Positions 12,390-24,035 of a stretch of DNA of 64,000 nt are shown in pieces. The position numbers and the translations under genes are program-made. Position 1 is the stretch's first letter. Each line of letters opens with the position of its first letter. Source of the stretch: Spheniscus humboldti (lineage: Eukaryota); contig CM049887.1 in the NCBI GenBank assembly GCA_027474245.1, forward strand, positions 20,751,762 through 20,815,761, read 5' to 3'. The notes below the pieces were generated by a model. That model saw nothing but the letters and a program-made list of their open reading frames with translations, made no database searches and was not told the origin of the DNA.

Positions 12390-12724
12390 GTAACAACCAC
12401 TGAAAAATAAATTTATTTCAGGAAAACTATAAACAATATATACACAAGCTTAAAGGGGTTTCTTTTCTTGTTTACAGGAATGTACATTACTTTTGCTAAT
12501 GTGCTAACACTTCCAACGGTTTTGACATTACCTACAACTTGGTGTCCATGATAATATTACCATCCTTGTCCTTTACTCTTACTCTCCCAGAGACGTACTT
12601 TGTTTCCTGCTGTCCATTCACGTACACAGTCTTGACAGTACCATCTGGATACTCCCGTCTCTTGAACTGTGATGTGTGTAGTTCTCTCTGGCCATTATTA
12701 AACTCTATAGTTTTGCTTCCATCT
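12390..12724 (-). CDS. CENPJ: CENPJ terminal exon: CDS 12532-12724 (…[63 protein letters not shown]) plus 3' UTR
   Basis: Acceptor cag at 12725-12727 on the minus strand; stop TAG at 12532-12534. The peptide is nearly identical to the human CENPJ C-terminus ([63 protein letters not shown]). A minus-strand AATAAA (TTTATT on the plus strand, 12413-12418) sits about 115 nt past the stop. Confidence 0.85.
12406..12418 (-). promoter_or_regulatory. CENPJ: CENPJ polyadenylation signal (AATAAA on the minus strand; palindromic AAATAAATTTATT)
   Basis: The complement of AATAAA lies at 12413-12418, about 115 nt downstream of the CENPJ stop on the minus strand. Confidence 0.45.
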
Positions 12725-13344
12725 CTGCATTAAATAAGCGTATATAAGTGTTTAAAAAAAACAAACAAAAACATTGTAAGGACTATACATAGGCTTAAGC
12801 TTAATCTCAGAACAAACTTTAAATATGCAAGCCTAAATGAAGGAAGAACTTAAAAAAGACAGTGTTTGTGAAAAGCCTGTTTTGTTAAATGTCATCCCAG
12901 CTGGTTGGTACTCAAAAAATCTGTTTCTGCAAAACTGACATAACTTCTTTAGACTTGAGAGCCTCTACCGCACTTTCTTTGCACTAAATCTACTACTGCA
13001 ACAGTCCAAGAAAAGTTTCAAACAATGTTTTGAGCACTGTCAGTTTGGATGTCAGACCTGCTTGCCGCACCAGCTAGGTTCTTGCATGTTCTCTAGAATT
13101 ATGCACAAATCTGAAAAATATCTCAGGTTAGGGTATGAGAAAATACACAGGCTTTACGTCTCCTTCAAGCTACAGGAAAAAAAACCAAACCAAAATTTCA
13201 AGCAGTAAATACATGTTGACAGTACAGTATGTTCAAATGTAAACTTCTAGAAATAGATGTGTCACCCTATACTGCCTCTATCAGTGAGCCCTAACTGCTA
13301 CTTTCCCATCAACAGTCTAAGGTACCTGAAAAGGTAAAGCTTAC

Positions 13345-13465
13345 CGCTGAATACGAACAATAGTACCATCTGGAAAGATACTTTCTTCTTGCCCGTCCGT
13401 AAACAAGTTTTTGATAGTTTGATCAGGGAAAGTAATTTCTTTCTTGCCATCAGGATAATGCTTCT
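13345..13465 (-). CDS. CENPJ: CENPJ coding exon, G-box/TCP10 C-terminal domain ([41 protein letters not shown])
   Basis: Minus-strand acceptor cag (13466-13468) and donor GTAAGC (13343-13344). The peptide matches human [41 protein letters not shown]. Confidence 0.9.
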
Positions 13466-13562
13466 CTGAAATGTATTTTGAGGCGATATGCTTATTACAT
13501 AAATACAGGTATACATATGGGCAGCAATTTTGAGGGTTGGTTGGGTTGGATGATTTCTTTAC

Positions 13563-13647
13563 CTATTTGTCCATTTGAAAAATGCAAGACCTCTAAGCCA
13601 TCAGAGTATGTAGTATGTGTAGTCTTAGCATCAGCATAATAATAAAT
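13563..13647 (-). CDS. CENPJ: CENPJ coding exon, G-box ([28 protein letters not shown])
   Basis: Acceptor cag (13648-13650) and donor GTAAAG (13561-13562) on the minus strand. Matches human [29 protein letters not shown]. Confidence 0.9.
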
Positions 13648-13685
13648 CTGCAGAAAACAGTTGAGATTTAACTAGTGAGAAATTT

Positions 13686-13700
13686 TGTGTGTGTGTGTGT
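13686..13700. repeat. (TG)n dinucleotide microsatellite
   Basis: Direct reading: tgtgtgtgtgtgtgt, inside a CENPJ intron. Confidence 0.9.
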
Positions 13701-13753
13701 ACACGTGCGCATAAATAAGTATTTCTAGAAAAGCGCAGATGTAGGATACATAC

Positions 13754-13894
13754 CACTGTTTGATCGGGCATAACCTGCTTCACATCGCCATTGAAGAAGG
13801 TTATAGTTACAGTCTTCCCATCAGAACCCACTTTTTTCCATGTCCCATTGGGGAAAAATATGAGGTGACAGCCATTTTTCAAAACCTTTTCAAC
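13754..13894 (-). CDS. CENPJ: CENPJ coding exon, G-box ([47 protein letters not shown])
   Basis: Acceptor tag (13895-13896) and donor GTATGT (13752-13753) on the minus strand. Matches human [47 protein letters not shown]. Confidence 0.9.
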
Positions 13895-13987
13895 CTAATG
13901 AATACGTTACAGAGGGGTCAGTATTGAGCCATCACACTCTCATATACTCGGTCCTCTTTCACAACAGCTGTCTTGTGGAATTTCAGA

Positions 13988-14086
13988 GTGCCGAGCTCTC
14001 ATTTTACCTTTCCATCAGGATAAGCGGTTTCTCTCTGTATCTCTTCACTGTCTGTATACGCAGGTCCAGATGGTAGTGACACATGA
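13988..14086 (-). CDS. CENPJ: CENPJ coding exon (DSSPNEAHVSLPSGPAYTDSEEIQRETAYPDGK)
   Basis: Acceptor cag (14087-14089) and donor GTAAAA (13986-13987) on the minus strand. Corresponds to human ...[32 protein letters not shown]. Confidence 0.8.
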
Positions 14087-16018
14087 GCTTCATTAGGAGA
14101 GCTGTCCTGAAGTGACAACAATAATCTAAGCATAAACTGAAATCAAGCTTTGTCTTTATACATGTTTTTTTCCTAGGCTGACAGGTATTTTAGAAAACAA
14201 GGAGCATCAGGGGAGGAAGAGTAGTATAGGAAGGCATAAACACAACCTGGGTTTTATGCAACTCCTAGTATAATTCAAGTGGTAAGACAGACTGAGACTC
14301 AGTAGTAATTGGTTGTCTGTGGTCCACTGTAGCCTGGACTAGAGTGGAATTCAGCGGTGTGTTCTAGCATGGTGCTCAACTGCCTTAAGTCATCCATATC
14401 AAGGTATGAAACAGCTGATGAAGTTTCATAAAACCTGAATGCTACCTACAGCAATTAATGTAAGAATTAATTCATCTGTTTACAAGATTCTTGCACGGTT
14501 GCCCTACATGGAGCATATAGACATCCATCTTTTTCCCCTCTCTCAAAAGGGAAAACATTTTGCAAAATCCAAGGGAACGGGATATTACTATTTTATTTTC
14601 TTTCCTCAGTCAAAAAATGTTGCAACTACTAGACACAGGTAAAACACCCTGCATTGACTACTACATAGCCATTTTCTGATATGACAATAAAATTGCTGTT
14701 CAACGTAAGAAGGTGAGTCAACAGCTTCACCAGTCACCCTCCAGATACTCATTTAAGTACAAGTAACTATTGTTTTATTTTAGGCTTTCTCCTCTCCCTT
14801 AAAAATCAAATCAGGATACAGGACTTACTACCATAAAAGTCCTAGAAGAATCTTCCAGTGCCGTCATTGTCTCAGAGTTGCTTCTGTCATTAGCAGCTGC
14901 TGATGCGAGTGTTCTAGAAAGCTTTCCTACTCAGATACATGTAATTAATTTTACTGTTCAAATTAACTTTGTCAGTTTAAGTGTTACAATCATAATTATA
15001 TACAAGGTCAAAGCGTACAAGACACCCACATTTAAGTGCAATAGAAACTGAAAGCAGTATATTTATGAAAAGAATCAGCATAAACCAGATCCTTCAGGTA
15101 TGTCATTGCTTCATGTGTCCGCACGAAGCTACAACTGAAGAATCATTGCAACAGGCACAATACTTGCCCTTTCTCTCCTATTTCATTTCTGTAGATTTAC
15201 AAAGGATTCCCACCACCCCACCACCCCCCCCGGGAATCTAGGCAACATTTTTAGTTATGCCTTACAATGAACAAAGGAAGGCTGATGTAACCTTTTAACA
15301 GGACCTGATTGGCAGACTTTGCCCATGTCTCTCCTAGCACACCAGCCAAAATAAAACTGGCAAGGGCTTCAATTCTGGAACGCACTCCCCTAACAGGTAA
15401 CATGATGGTTGCTTGAGCTGTCAGAGGTGTCAAAAAAGTACCCTCCAGTTACTTTCTGTCTGTGATTATTCATTAGGAAGGGGTATAGTCTGCCAACAGC
15501 ATTTGCTCATAACTGTGAACAAGGAACACCTGGCACTGCCCATACAGTTACAGCTCCTGGTAACAGAAGGTTCTGAAGAGACACAGCAGTTCCGATGCTA
15601 TCAACATAGTCATCTAATCAACATCTGCAGCTTGGAGAACATCAATGATGAATGCCATTTTGGATTACAGAACGCAGCTTCTGGTATGTTCCAGATCACC
15701 AAACATGACCAGAAGCATCTTCGCTCTGAGAACAGTCTCACCGCAGCTTTCTCCAGACTCTTACCCTGGGAGGTATTTTTCCATACGCTCAAGTCCATTA
15801 CAACTATTCTCTATCTGCTCTTTAGGTGCTGATGCACTCTTTTTAATAAAAGCAAAAATCCATGTCAATTTTCTTTTAAAGAGTTAACAGAATTCTCTGA
15901 TTAGACCAACATTTATACCTTTTGCCTGTGAATAACTTTTGCCATTTATCTTGCTGCACTTCTGTACTGGAAGAAGCAGAGACGCGGTTTGACTTTTTGG
16001 GCCTCTATTTGGTAGACA

Positions 16019-16041
16019 CTAAAAGAAAGAAAGAAAGAAAG
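16019..16041. repeat. (AAAG)n tetranucleotide microsatellite
   Basis: Direct reading: aaagaaagaaagaaagaaag. Confidence 0.85.
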
Positions 16042-16639
16042 TTATTTGTGGTTTACATGACATTTATTCACAACTGTTCATAGAGCAGCAACAAGATTTA
16101 TACACCATGTGACATGAAATTTACTGGAAGCTTTCTGCACAAACTACATTTTTGAGATTTAGTCAGCGACGGGCTTGTGTGATGTAGCCCAAGCTATACT
16201 TTAGAACTCTTCCTCTGTCTGCTGCCTCGCTACCAACAACTACAGAATGTTAATGTGGTGCAAGCAATCTAGAAAAATAGTTACAGTTTCAAAACTAAAT
16301 ATAAGTAGACAATGGTGAACTGCCTGGTATGCCTGGCTGATTCTTAAGGTGCAGAGGTTCCCAGGTTAGATCCCATCAACGATTTTTCTCTTATAATTGT
16401 TTCATTTTGAATTTCTAAGGTGAGTTCCTCAACAGAATGGATGCTGCACGTTGCAAACATTCACACTTGGAGAGAATGTGACATTAACAAAATTCTGTGT
16501 CTGTCACCACTAGTGGAGTCCCAAGATTAGTAAATTAAAAGTAAACATCTAAGTTGTAGCTATTGGATTCCAAGTTTATGATCCAAAACGCAAGAGTATT
16601 CACACAGCTGAATTTAAAACACCAAGATTAATAACTTAC

Positions 16640-16879
16640 AGATTCTGCTCTTTTCAGAGTCATCCCAGAAGTTTCTATTTTCCTCCTGCTTCCAGCAGCT
16701 TCTACTTTCTTCCAGGCTTCCAGACGAAACCTCTCCATAATTTTGACTTCCTCTTTTAGCTCCATATTCTCATTTACTAAAGCTTCTATTTGATCTTTCA
16801 GGCGTCGATGGGTGGTTGACCATTTTGCCTCTTTTCGTTTTAAATCCTCCTGTAACTCTGCAATCTGCTGTTTTAAAGC
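16640..16879 (-). CDS. CENPJ: CENPJ coding exon, coiled coil ([80 protein letters not shown])
   Basis: Acceptor aag (16880-16881) and donor GTAAGT (16638-16639) on the minus strand. Matches human [61 protein letters not shown]. Confidence 0.9.
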
Positions 16880-17891
16880 CTTAGAAAAATGCATGTTTAT
16901 AAATTGAAGAGCTTTCATTTTTTAATATATTAAAAGATTTTAATGTTCTAATAGAAATACAAACACACAAAAAAGCACAAGAGCGGCAAAAAAACCAAGA
17001 TCAGCTTAATGGGGCAGAGGGTGAAAGGTAGAAGTTTTCTTCCTGAAAGAGATATTATTTACTTTAGACTACCAACTTAAAGCTCAACTTCAATCACAGG
17101 AAGTGTCTTTATTGCCCTCTTGGCATCCTTTACAGTTCATAGATTGGCCAGTACAAATACACTTGAGACAGAAACATGAAATCTTTAAGGCTGCCCTTGA
17201 GAGGACCCTTCAAAAATCTCCCCTTCCTTTATACAGGAAAACAGGGAGGACACAATCACATAACACACGTGTGAGTCTGCCTAGCCAGTTTAGCAAGTGT
17301 TACTTCAATCTGTTGAAGTTTTGTAAGGAAAATTTGTAGGGAAGGAGGAGGGAAATCCATGTGTGATGTTTAATACAACTTGTCTGTACATCTCATGTAC
17401 CGTACATCCTGACAATGAAGGAACAAACAGATCTTGTTTCTTACATCTCTGATACATTTTGTTCTTACTTGTAGGTCTTTAGGTAACTTTGAAAATTGTA
17501 AAAGACTACTACGTTTACTGTACAACAGTTATAGAATAAAACTCAAGTACAGTTCTAGATTGCATTTTGATCTACTGCCATGAATAAAAACTTACAACTT
17601 AATATTAACTACAGTAATTTTGTATCAAAGTTGAAGATCATTCTACCATAGTTATGAGCAGTTTAGTACGGAAACGTGACAAAAAGATTTGCTCATCAGT
17701 GGTTTTTGCCTTAAAACCATTCAACAACATTGTGAAGACTGCAGTTCCTTCCTCAATTAGGCCATGTCTACTAAAAGTTTCCATCTTGAAATTACTTGCA
17801 GCCTTTCAACTAAGTTAGAATTTAGTTCTCCACTGCCTTTAAATTAATTTAAGTTTCCTGTGTGGACCAGAAGAATAATATATTTTTATAC

Positions 17892-18057
17892 CTGAATTTC
17901 ATCACGTTCTTTTTTATCTGGAATTGCTCTAGCTTCTGTGGTATATTTTTCAAAAACTTTACGCTCCTTTTGCAGTTTTTTCATTTCCTTTTTTTTATAT
18001 TCTTCTATTTCAGCCAGTTCTTGGGCCTTCTGCTGTTGAAAGTCTGCAATTTCTTTC
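17892..18057 (-). CDS. CENPJ: CENPJ coding exon ([56 protein letters not shown])
   Basis: Acceptor tatag (18058-18059) and donor GTATAA (17890-17891) on the minus strand. Near-identical to human [56 protein letters not shown]. Confidence 0.9.
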
Positions 18058-18888
18058 CTATAATTATGAAACAAAGTTGTTGTTTTAACCCAAAACTACT
18101 TCAAATCTGGATTTTAAGGAAGAAAATGAAGACACCGAATTTTGTGGTCATTGATTCCAATCCAGCACTGTTACCCCCAGGAAGACTTACCTGTAAATGG
18201 GATTACTTATTTAAGGAGTAAGAATTGTCACACAGCTAGTGTCTGAAGTCCAACGATTTCTATTTTATATCTTCCAGTCACAGAAGTTATCCTGAATTTA
18301 ACAAAGCTTTGGCTAAAATCTTACAACATTCTTCAAAGCAGTAGAACACCATTCCCCCAAAAGCACAGGGGGAAAGAATCTGCTAACAGCAGGAGGTCAC
18401 AAATCAAACATTAGCCAACAACACGATGCTGTTTCCAAACAAAACAAAAGTGACTTTGGTAGTAATAGGTGTGCCACATTTAAGTCACCAGAGATAATTA
18501 TTCTGCTCTGTATGTCGCTTGTAAGTCCCCCAGTTCAAATGAAAATATTCTCAGCTTGTACTCACAAACATTCAATCCAAAAGATCAATTTTGCAAGCCC
18601 AATTTAAGGACTGTGTTATCACTCAGAACAAAAGTATACAAATTCTCCCAAGTATAGCCTTTAAGGATATCATATTAAACTAGCAGGGGTTCTTAATGTT
18701 GTAATTTGTGTGTGAGTAATAATTACAGTTTACTGTATACATAGAGCAACAACCAGTTTCTTGACCTATGTCTCCACCGTAGCTGAAACACACCAATTAT
18801 TTATCTGTGCTGTTGGTAACTGGACATTATGATTGCCTGGAACATACTATGTAAGTGAATGCACCAAAATGTTTCAATTAAAAATTAC

Positions 18889-19021
18889 CTGATACTTGCC
18901 AAGGCATGCTCTCTTTCTTCACGGAGTTTAGTTAGAGTTGTGTTTTCAGCTCTGAATCTCTCTATTTCAGTTTCCAATTCAGTGAGTCTCTCTCTCAGGA
19001 CCTGGGAAGGAACAGTGTTTC
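18889..19021 (-). CDS. CENPJ: CENPJ coding exon ([44 protein letters not shown])
   Basis: Acceptor cag (19022-19024) and donor GTAATT (18887-18888) on the minus strand. Matches human [43 protein letters not shown]. Phases link cleanly to the neighbouring exons. Confidence 0.85.
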
Positions 19022-20479
19022 CTGTCAAAGAACAACCAGATGCAAGTTATCTGAGCAGCATCCATAAGACTGAAGTAAACAATTATCACACACCAGTTAA
19101 AAAAAAGAAAAATTAAAAAATATCAAGTGATACTATTTGAGAGATAGTAGGTGCAAAAAATTTCTACTATTCAAATAACACAGAAGTGACATTTTAAAGC
19201 ACTCTGCACTACTTACTCAAGTACCTCAAATATTGAGGTATATATCTATCATCTTTGTAGAACTAAGTATATATTAGGAATTGGAATGTGAAGGACTTCA
19301 CATCAAGCTAGAGAAATGAAATGAAGGTATAAGGGCCAAGCATCAAACAGGAAAGTTTATGGTTGTAAGTTTTTCCAAATTTCATTAACAACAAAGTCTG
19401 CTCACACCCATCACCGATGTGAAATCTATTGCAGAGGCCAATAACAGGATTTGTGAGCTTTTTTGCCATCCCAGTTGCCTGTTCAGTCACTACTTAACAT
19501 TCCCAGGGTTTTAATAGTCCACTTCTGAGTATGCAAGAGAAGAGCCTAAATACTGATGTTGCAGTGTAGGTAGTTGCCTCATTCACCCTTAAATGCTCTG
19601 AGATTCAGTAAAAAACCCTACCCCTCTTCCCAAGAACATCATCTAGCAGGCACCGTTAGACAACCCTACAAGATCAATTCTCCACAAAACAATAAGCAGA
19701 AGTAGCAGCTTTCACATGAACTTCTCATAAAAACCTGAACAAAATCCTAAACGCTCATTGGAGCAGAGTTTGAAATCAAGATCTCACTGCCTTACAGAGA
19801 AGAGATTTAAATGCCAGGCTATGCCATCATGCTTTCACTGAAAAAGTGCATTTTTAATGATCTCACATAAATGCAACAGCTTCAACAGGAGCTTTTAGGG
19901 GCAGTCCTTCCCCAGACTATAACCATATGGTCAAAATCAACTTGGGCAAAGCAGAAAAATGAATCCATGTTTCCCATATTCCACGTGAATTCTCTAGATA
20001 CTATACTACTGTCAGAAAATACAGGCAGGGCTGCTGCCTCCTTATAAGAGGAACAAGCTAACCTAACAGTGCATAGCATTACCCTACCACGGTGTAAACG
20101 CACACTGTCACTGGGAAGGGAGGTACCACTTCATTTTTGGCATGCCTTTGACACTCTCCTTGATTTGGAAACAGTGATCATGTTTAGTTCAATGAACTGG
20201 TCTGACAGAAAACTAGCCTCCAGGAAAAGAAAAAAATTTAAAAAAAATAGATGAAGTTTTCACTGATCGTACTCATACTGCAAGCTGCGTAACTGTTAGA
20301 TCTGACATCAGACATGCAACCAGGAGAGGAGATGAAAGGTGAGAATAGGGCCATTCCCTGCAGCAGAAGTCTGTACTTACACCCTTTGGTGTAATGTCAG
20401 GTTGCGGCTTAAGTGTTAGGAGGAAAGACTTGTAATATATGTAGTCTTCAACATTTCTTACCAGTTGCTGTTCTCTCAC

Positions 20480-22102
20480 CTCCTGGCTCCTGTTCCACAT
20501 TTGATTTGGTTTCACGCTCTGAATGACAGCCCACCTTCTGTTTCGGTTTCAGTGAAGGAAATAGTTTCATCATCAGGTTTGATACAGGAGGTCCATTTGA
20601 ATCACTGTCCACTGCAGACTCTTTGGACATTTCATCTCCCCTCTTTGAGGCAACTTTTCTCTTTATTGCTTTATCTGGGACAGTTGTATCATTCTTATTG
20701 GAAAAGTCCGTCTGTAAAGGTATTTTAGTATATTTTTCAGGTAAATCACTGTTAACATAATTTTCATCAAGATCACTCCATGTTCTTTCATCATCAAACT
20801 CAAACTTACTCCTACTTATACAAGACATGCTTCTCTGACGGTCTGAAGCTTTTCTAATCTTTTGCTTTGACAGTGCACTGCCATCTTTGTCTGACAAGCC
20901 AAGGTCAGCATCTCCATTTTTGCTTTCTTTGCTGGTGTCTGTAACAGAACCTCTATAATCAAAAAATTCTGGATCACTTTCTCTATGGCTCATAAAGGAT
21001 GTCTTAGCATCTTCATTTTCATGCTTTAATGTGGTCTCAAATTCACTCTCAGAATCTGTAGTAGTATCACCATTGCCCTCACTCTCATCTTCATTTATAA
21101 TCCATTGATTACTTTTTAAAGCAGGAGCTGCTGTCATTGAAGAAGCTGAAAACATTACACTGTCTGTTTTATTCAGTGGATCCTTCATTATAAAAGCTGC
21201 TCCTGAATTTGAGACTGTATGCATAACTGCTCTATCATTTATATTTTCCTGTGTCATACAGTCTGCCTTTTTATTTTTCTTATTTATAAGTTCAACAGCC
21301 AGCGCCTTTACTTGCTCCTGTTTTGCCTTGATAGGGGTAGAAGACATTCTACGGCCTTTTAAAGTTTGCTGATCTTGATCTAAGATCCTTTGCACAAATG
21401 AGGAATTACTTGAGAAAGATATTTCATCTGCAGCTTGTTCTAGAAACAAAAATTCATCTAATTCTAGATTCTCTTTTTCTTTTTCTTTTTCCCAGTTTTC
21501 CAGCTTATTCTGAAATGAAACTTCAAAAGACAGTTCTGGATCTTTTACAGGGTGACCTATAGGACATTTAGAATTAGAAAAGGCACTGGCCAGCTCATGA
21601 GACAACCGAGGCTTTTCTGTGCCAGGTAATTTGTTTCCAATTTTGCCAGTGTTAGACTTAGCAAATTCTACTACGTTCTCTTTATTTTCTATTTTGTTGT
21701 TAGTTTCTGATGGGAAAGAATCTCTCATCTGTCCATCATGATTTTTTCCTGGTTGCATTCTTGTTTCTAATGGCGAGATATTTTTTCCATTGTGATTCCT
21801 GAGTACCAGGTTCTTCTGAACAGGGCAATGTTTTGCTTTATCAGGGTGGTTATATTTTTTACATGGTGCAAAAGGGTTCTCAGAAACCCGTTCTTTGCCA
21901 GGAGGCATAGTTTTCTTTTGTATTTGTGATCTGTCCACTTTAATAACATTTCTGTCATCTGAAGTCCTTTGTTGAAGTTTTGCGGTGTTTCCTCCAAGTT
22001 TTGTAATTTTAGATTTGGCATTACTAAATCTTGTTAAGCCTTCTCCTCTTTTCAGGAAGGGTCGTTTGATCACTGGTTTTTGAATGGCTGATCCATTTGT
22101 CT
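20480..22102 (-). CDS. CENPJ: CENPJ giant central coding exon (1,623 nt). Contains PFLKRGEGLTRFSNAKSK and ENLELDEFLFLEQAADEISFSSNSSF, homologous to human CENPJ exon 7.
   Basis: ORF 20448-22133 on the minus strand. Acceptor ttttcag at 22103-22105 and donor GG|GTGAGA at 20478-20479. Conserved blocks include PFLKRGEGL(T/A)RF(S/T)NAKSK, ENLELDEFLFLEQAADEISFSSNSSF, FDDERTW, and MMK(L/F)FPSLKPK. Confidence 0.9.
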
Positions 22103-22403
22103 CCTGAAAAGGGGCAAACAAAAACACAAACACACAATGTTAAAAAGCCCCTTACACAGTTTGAAGATTTCTTCAAATGAACCCCACATATGAGTAGGAA
22201 TTTATACAGTACATTTCTACTGGATTTCTAAAGACATCTTAAACAAGTGAAATATTTGGGGCTTATTGTTTTATTTTTTAAAACGTGAATATTGCATTCA
22301 GCGTTATCTTTTGCTGCTAGAATCTTCCTTGTACGTTTTTAAAGCACCTATTGCATCTTGGCACTATATATAAAGAACAATAAAGTTTAAAAAAGTAAAT
22401 AAC

Positions 22404-22509
22404 CTGTAACTTCTGGTTGTGCTCCAGACGCTGCTCTTCTAGTTGTATCTGTTCTTCCAGGAATTCTTCAAATGTCTGTTTCTTTTCCTGAATCGCAGCT
22501 TTAATAGGT
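22404..22509 (-). CDS. CENPJ: CENPJ coding exon ([36 protein letters not shown])
   Basis: Acceptor ctag (22510-22511) and donor GTTATT (22402-22403) on the minus strand. Matches human [35 protein letters not shown]. Confidence 0.9.
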
Positions 22510-22921
22510 CTAGCGTAATTTAAAAAAAAAAAAATCAAGTCTTACATTCCTATAACTATGTTTAAGATCACTGCCATTCAAAGACCTAAGGTGTAATTAC
22601 ATAAAAGATGACACATTATGAGGTAATTTGGTCATTAAATGTAAAAGTTAATCTGAGAAATATAACACTAGCTGTTTATCTTTTGAGAAATGGTTTATCA
22701 AATCCCTGCTATAGTTAATACACATATCTAAAAGATACTGTATGCAGGTTTTGCTGTTTCTTCTTTCATTGCTTTTCTCAATGACCCTTTCTTCTGCCCA
22801 GACCACCAAACTTTCATTCGTATTTTAGTCATACTGCCAATTTCTACAGTATCACCTTCCCACTCAGTAATGCTGCTGAGATTGTGTTCCTTATCTCCCC
22901 CTTTGATACTCCTCCTCCTCC

Positions 22922-23473
22922 TTCACAACCCTGTACTGGGTCTGGCTGGGATGGAATGAGCTTTCTTCATCACAGTTCATATGGTGCTCTGTTTTGGATT
23001 TGTGACTACAACAGTGTTGATAACACACCAATGTTTTAGCTATTACTGAACAGTGCCTGCACAGCATCAAAGCTTTCTTTGGTTTTTCATGCTGCTCCCC
23101 CAGCCCCAGCAAGTGGGCTGGGGTGGGCAAGAGGCTGAGAGGGGACACAGCCAGTACAGCTGACCCGAACTGACCAAAGGGATATTCCATGCCGTATAAC
23201 ATCATGTCCAGCAGTAAAAACTGGGGGCTTGGTCTTCCAAAAGTAGCTGTTGCTCAAAGACCAAGTAGGCATCAGTCTGCTTGTGGGAGGTGGAGAGTGA
23301 CAGCCTTTGCATCACTTGGGTTTTTTTTCCCCTCCCTCCTTTACTTATTAAACTGCTTTTATCTCAATCCACAAGTTTTCTCGAGTTTTCTCCTCTGATA
23401 CCCTCTCCCATTCTGCTATGGGGGACAGAGTGAGCAAGCGACTGGGTGGGTGCTTAGTCGCTGGCTGGGCTCA
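22922..23473 (+). mobile_element. Solo LTR-like element (ERV-derived), copy A
   Basis: About 550 bp, TG...CA-bounded. Shares blocks with the element at 49738-50357: tgt(a/c)ctgg(g/t)t..gct(g/a)gg, tgttttggattt, acacac(c/t)(a/g)atgttttag, cagctgacc(c/g)aa(c/a)tg(a/g)ccaa(a/g)gg(g/a)tattccat(g/a)cc(g/a)tat(a/g)ac(a/g)tcatg, ccacaagttttct, gtgagcaa(g/c)cg(a/g)ctg. No clear target-site duplication; presumably the older copy. Confidence 0.55.
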
Positions 23474-24035
23474 ACACACCACAGCCTGGAACAAGTATTT
23501 CTTGTCTTTGTGATGACTCGGCAGACAGGGCAGAGCTTTATAACAATGCCAACCACTACTTTTATTCTATCAACTCCATAAACAAAGCTTTTACCATACA
23601 TGAGAAAGAAGGCTTCTGCCACAAGCACTATTATTACTTCTCAGCCATATACAGATGTTTAAACAAACATAGCTCCTGGTAATAAACTAAAAAGTCACAG
23701 ACTTACACTCATCCTTCACATTACTACTTTCACCACATAACAGTGGATAGGAGGTTGTAAATAAATCAAATTGGGAACAGTAATTATAACTGCTTATATA
23801 CTAAGCCTATACTAAAATGTGCTTCTAAACTATCATTACCCCAGGCTGCACACACCTCTTAGCCAATACACATCATCACATCTTTCACAGCATAAACAAT
23901 TTCAAGCCAGAGCCTTTCTTACTACAGGTCTCCACAGTACCTAGCAAAATGGAAACCTTGGTTGAGAAAGCTATACAAATTGAGAATATCAGACTCTTTC
24001 AATCAGGACTCAGAATTCAACCAAACTCATGTGGG

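Noticed and set aside
20465-20728. Plus-strand 87-aa ORF
   Set aside because: It is the antisense strand of the CENPJ giant exon.
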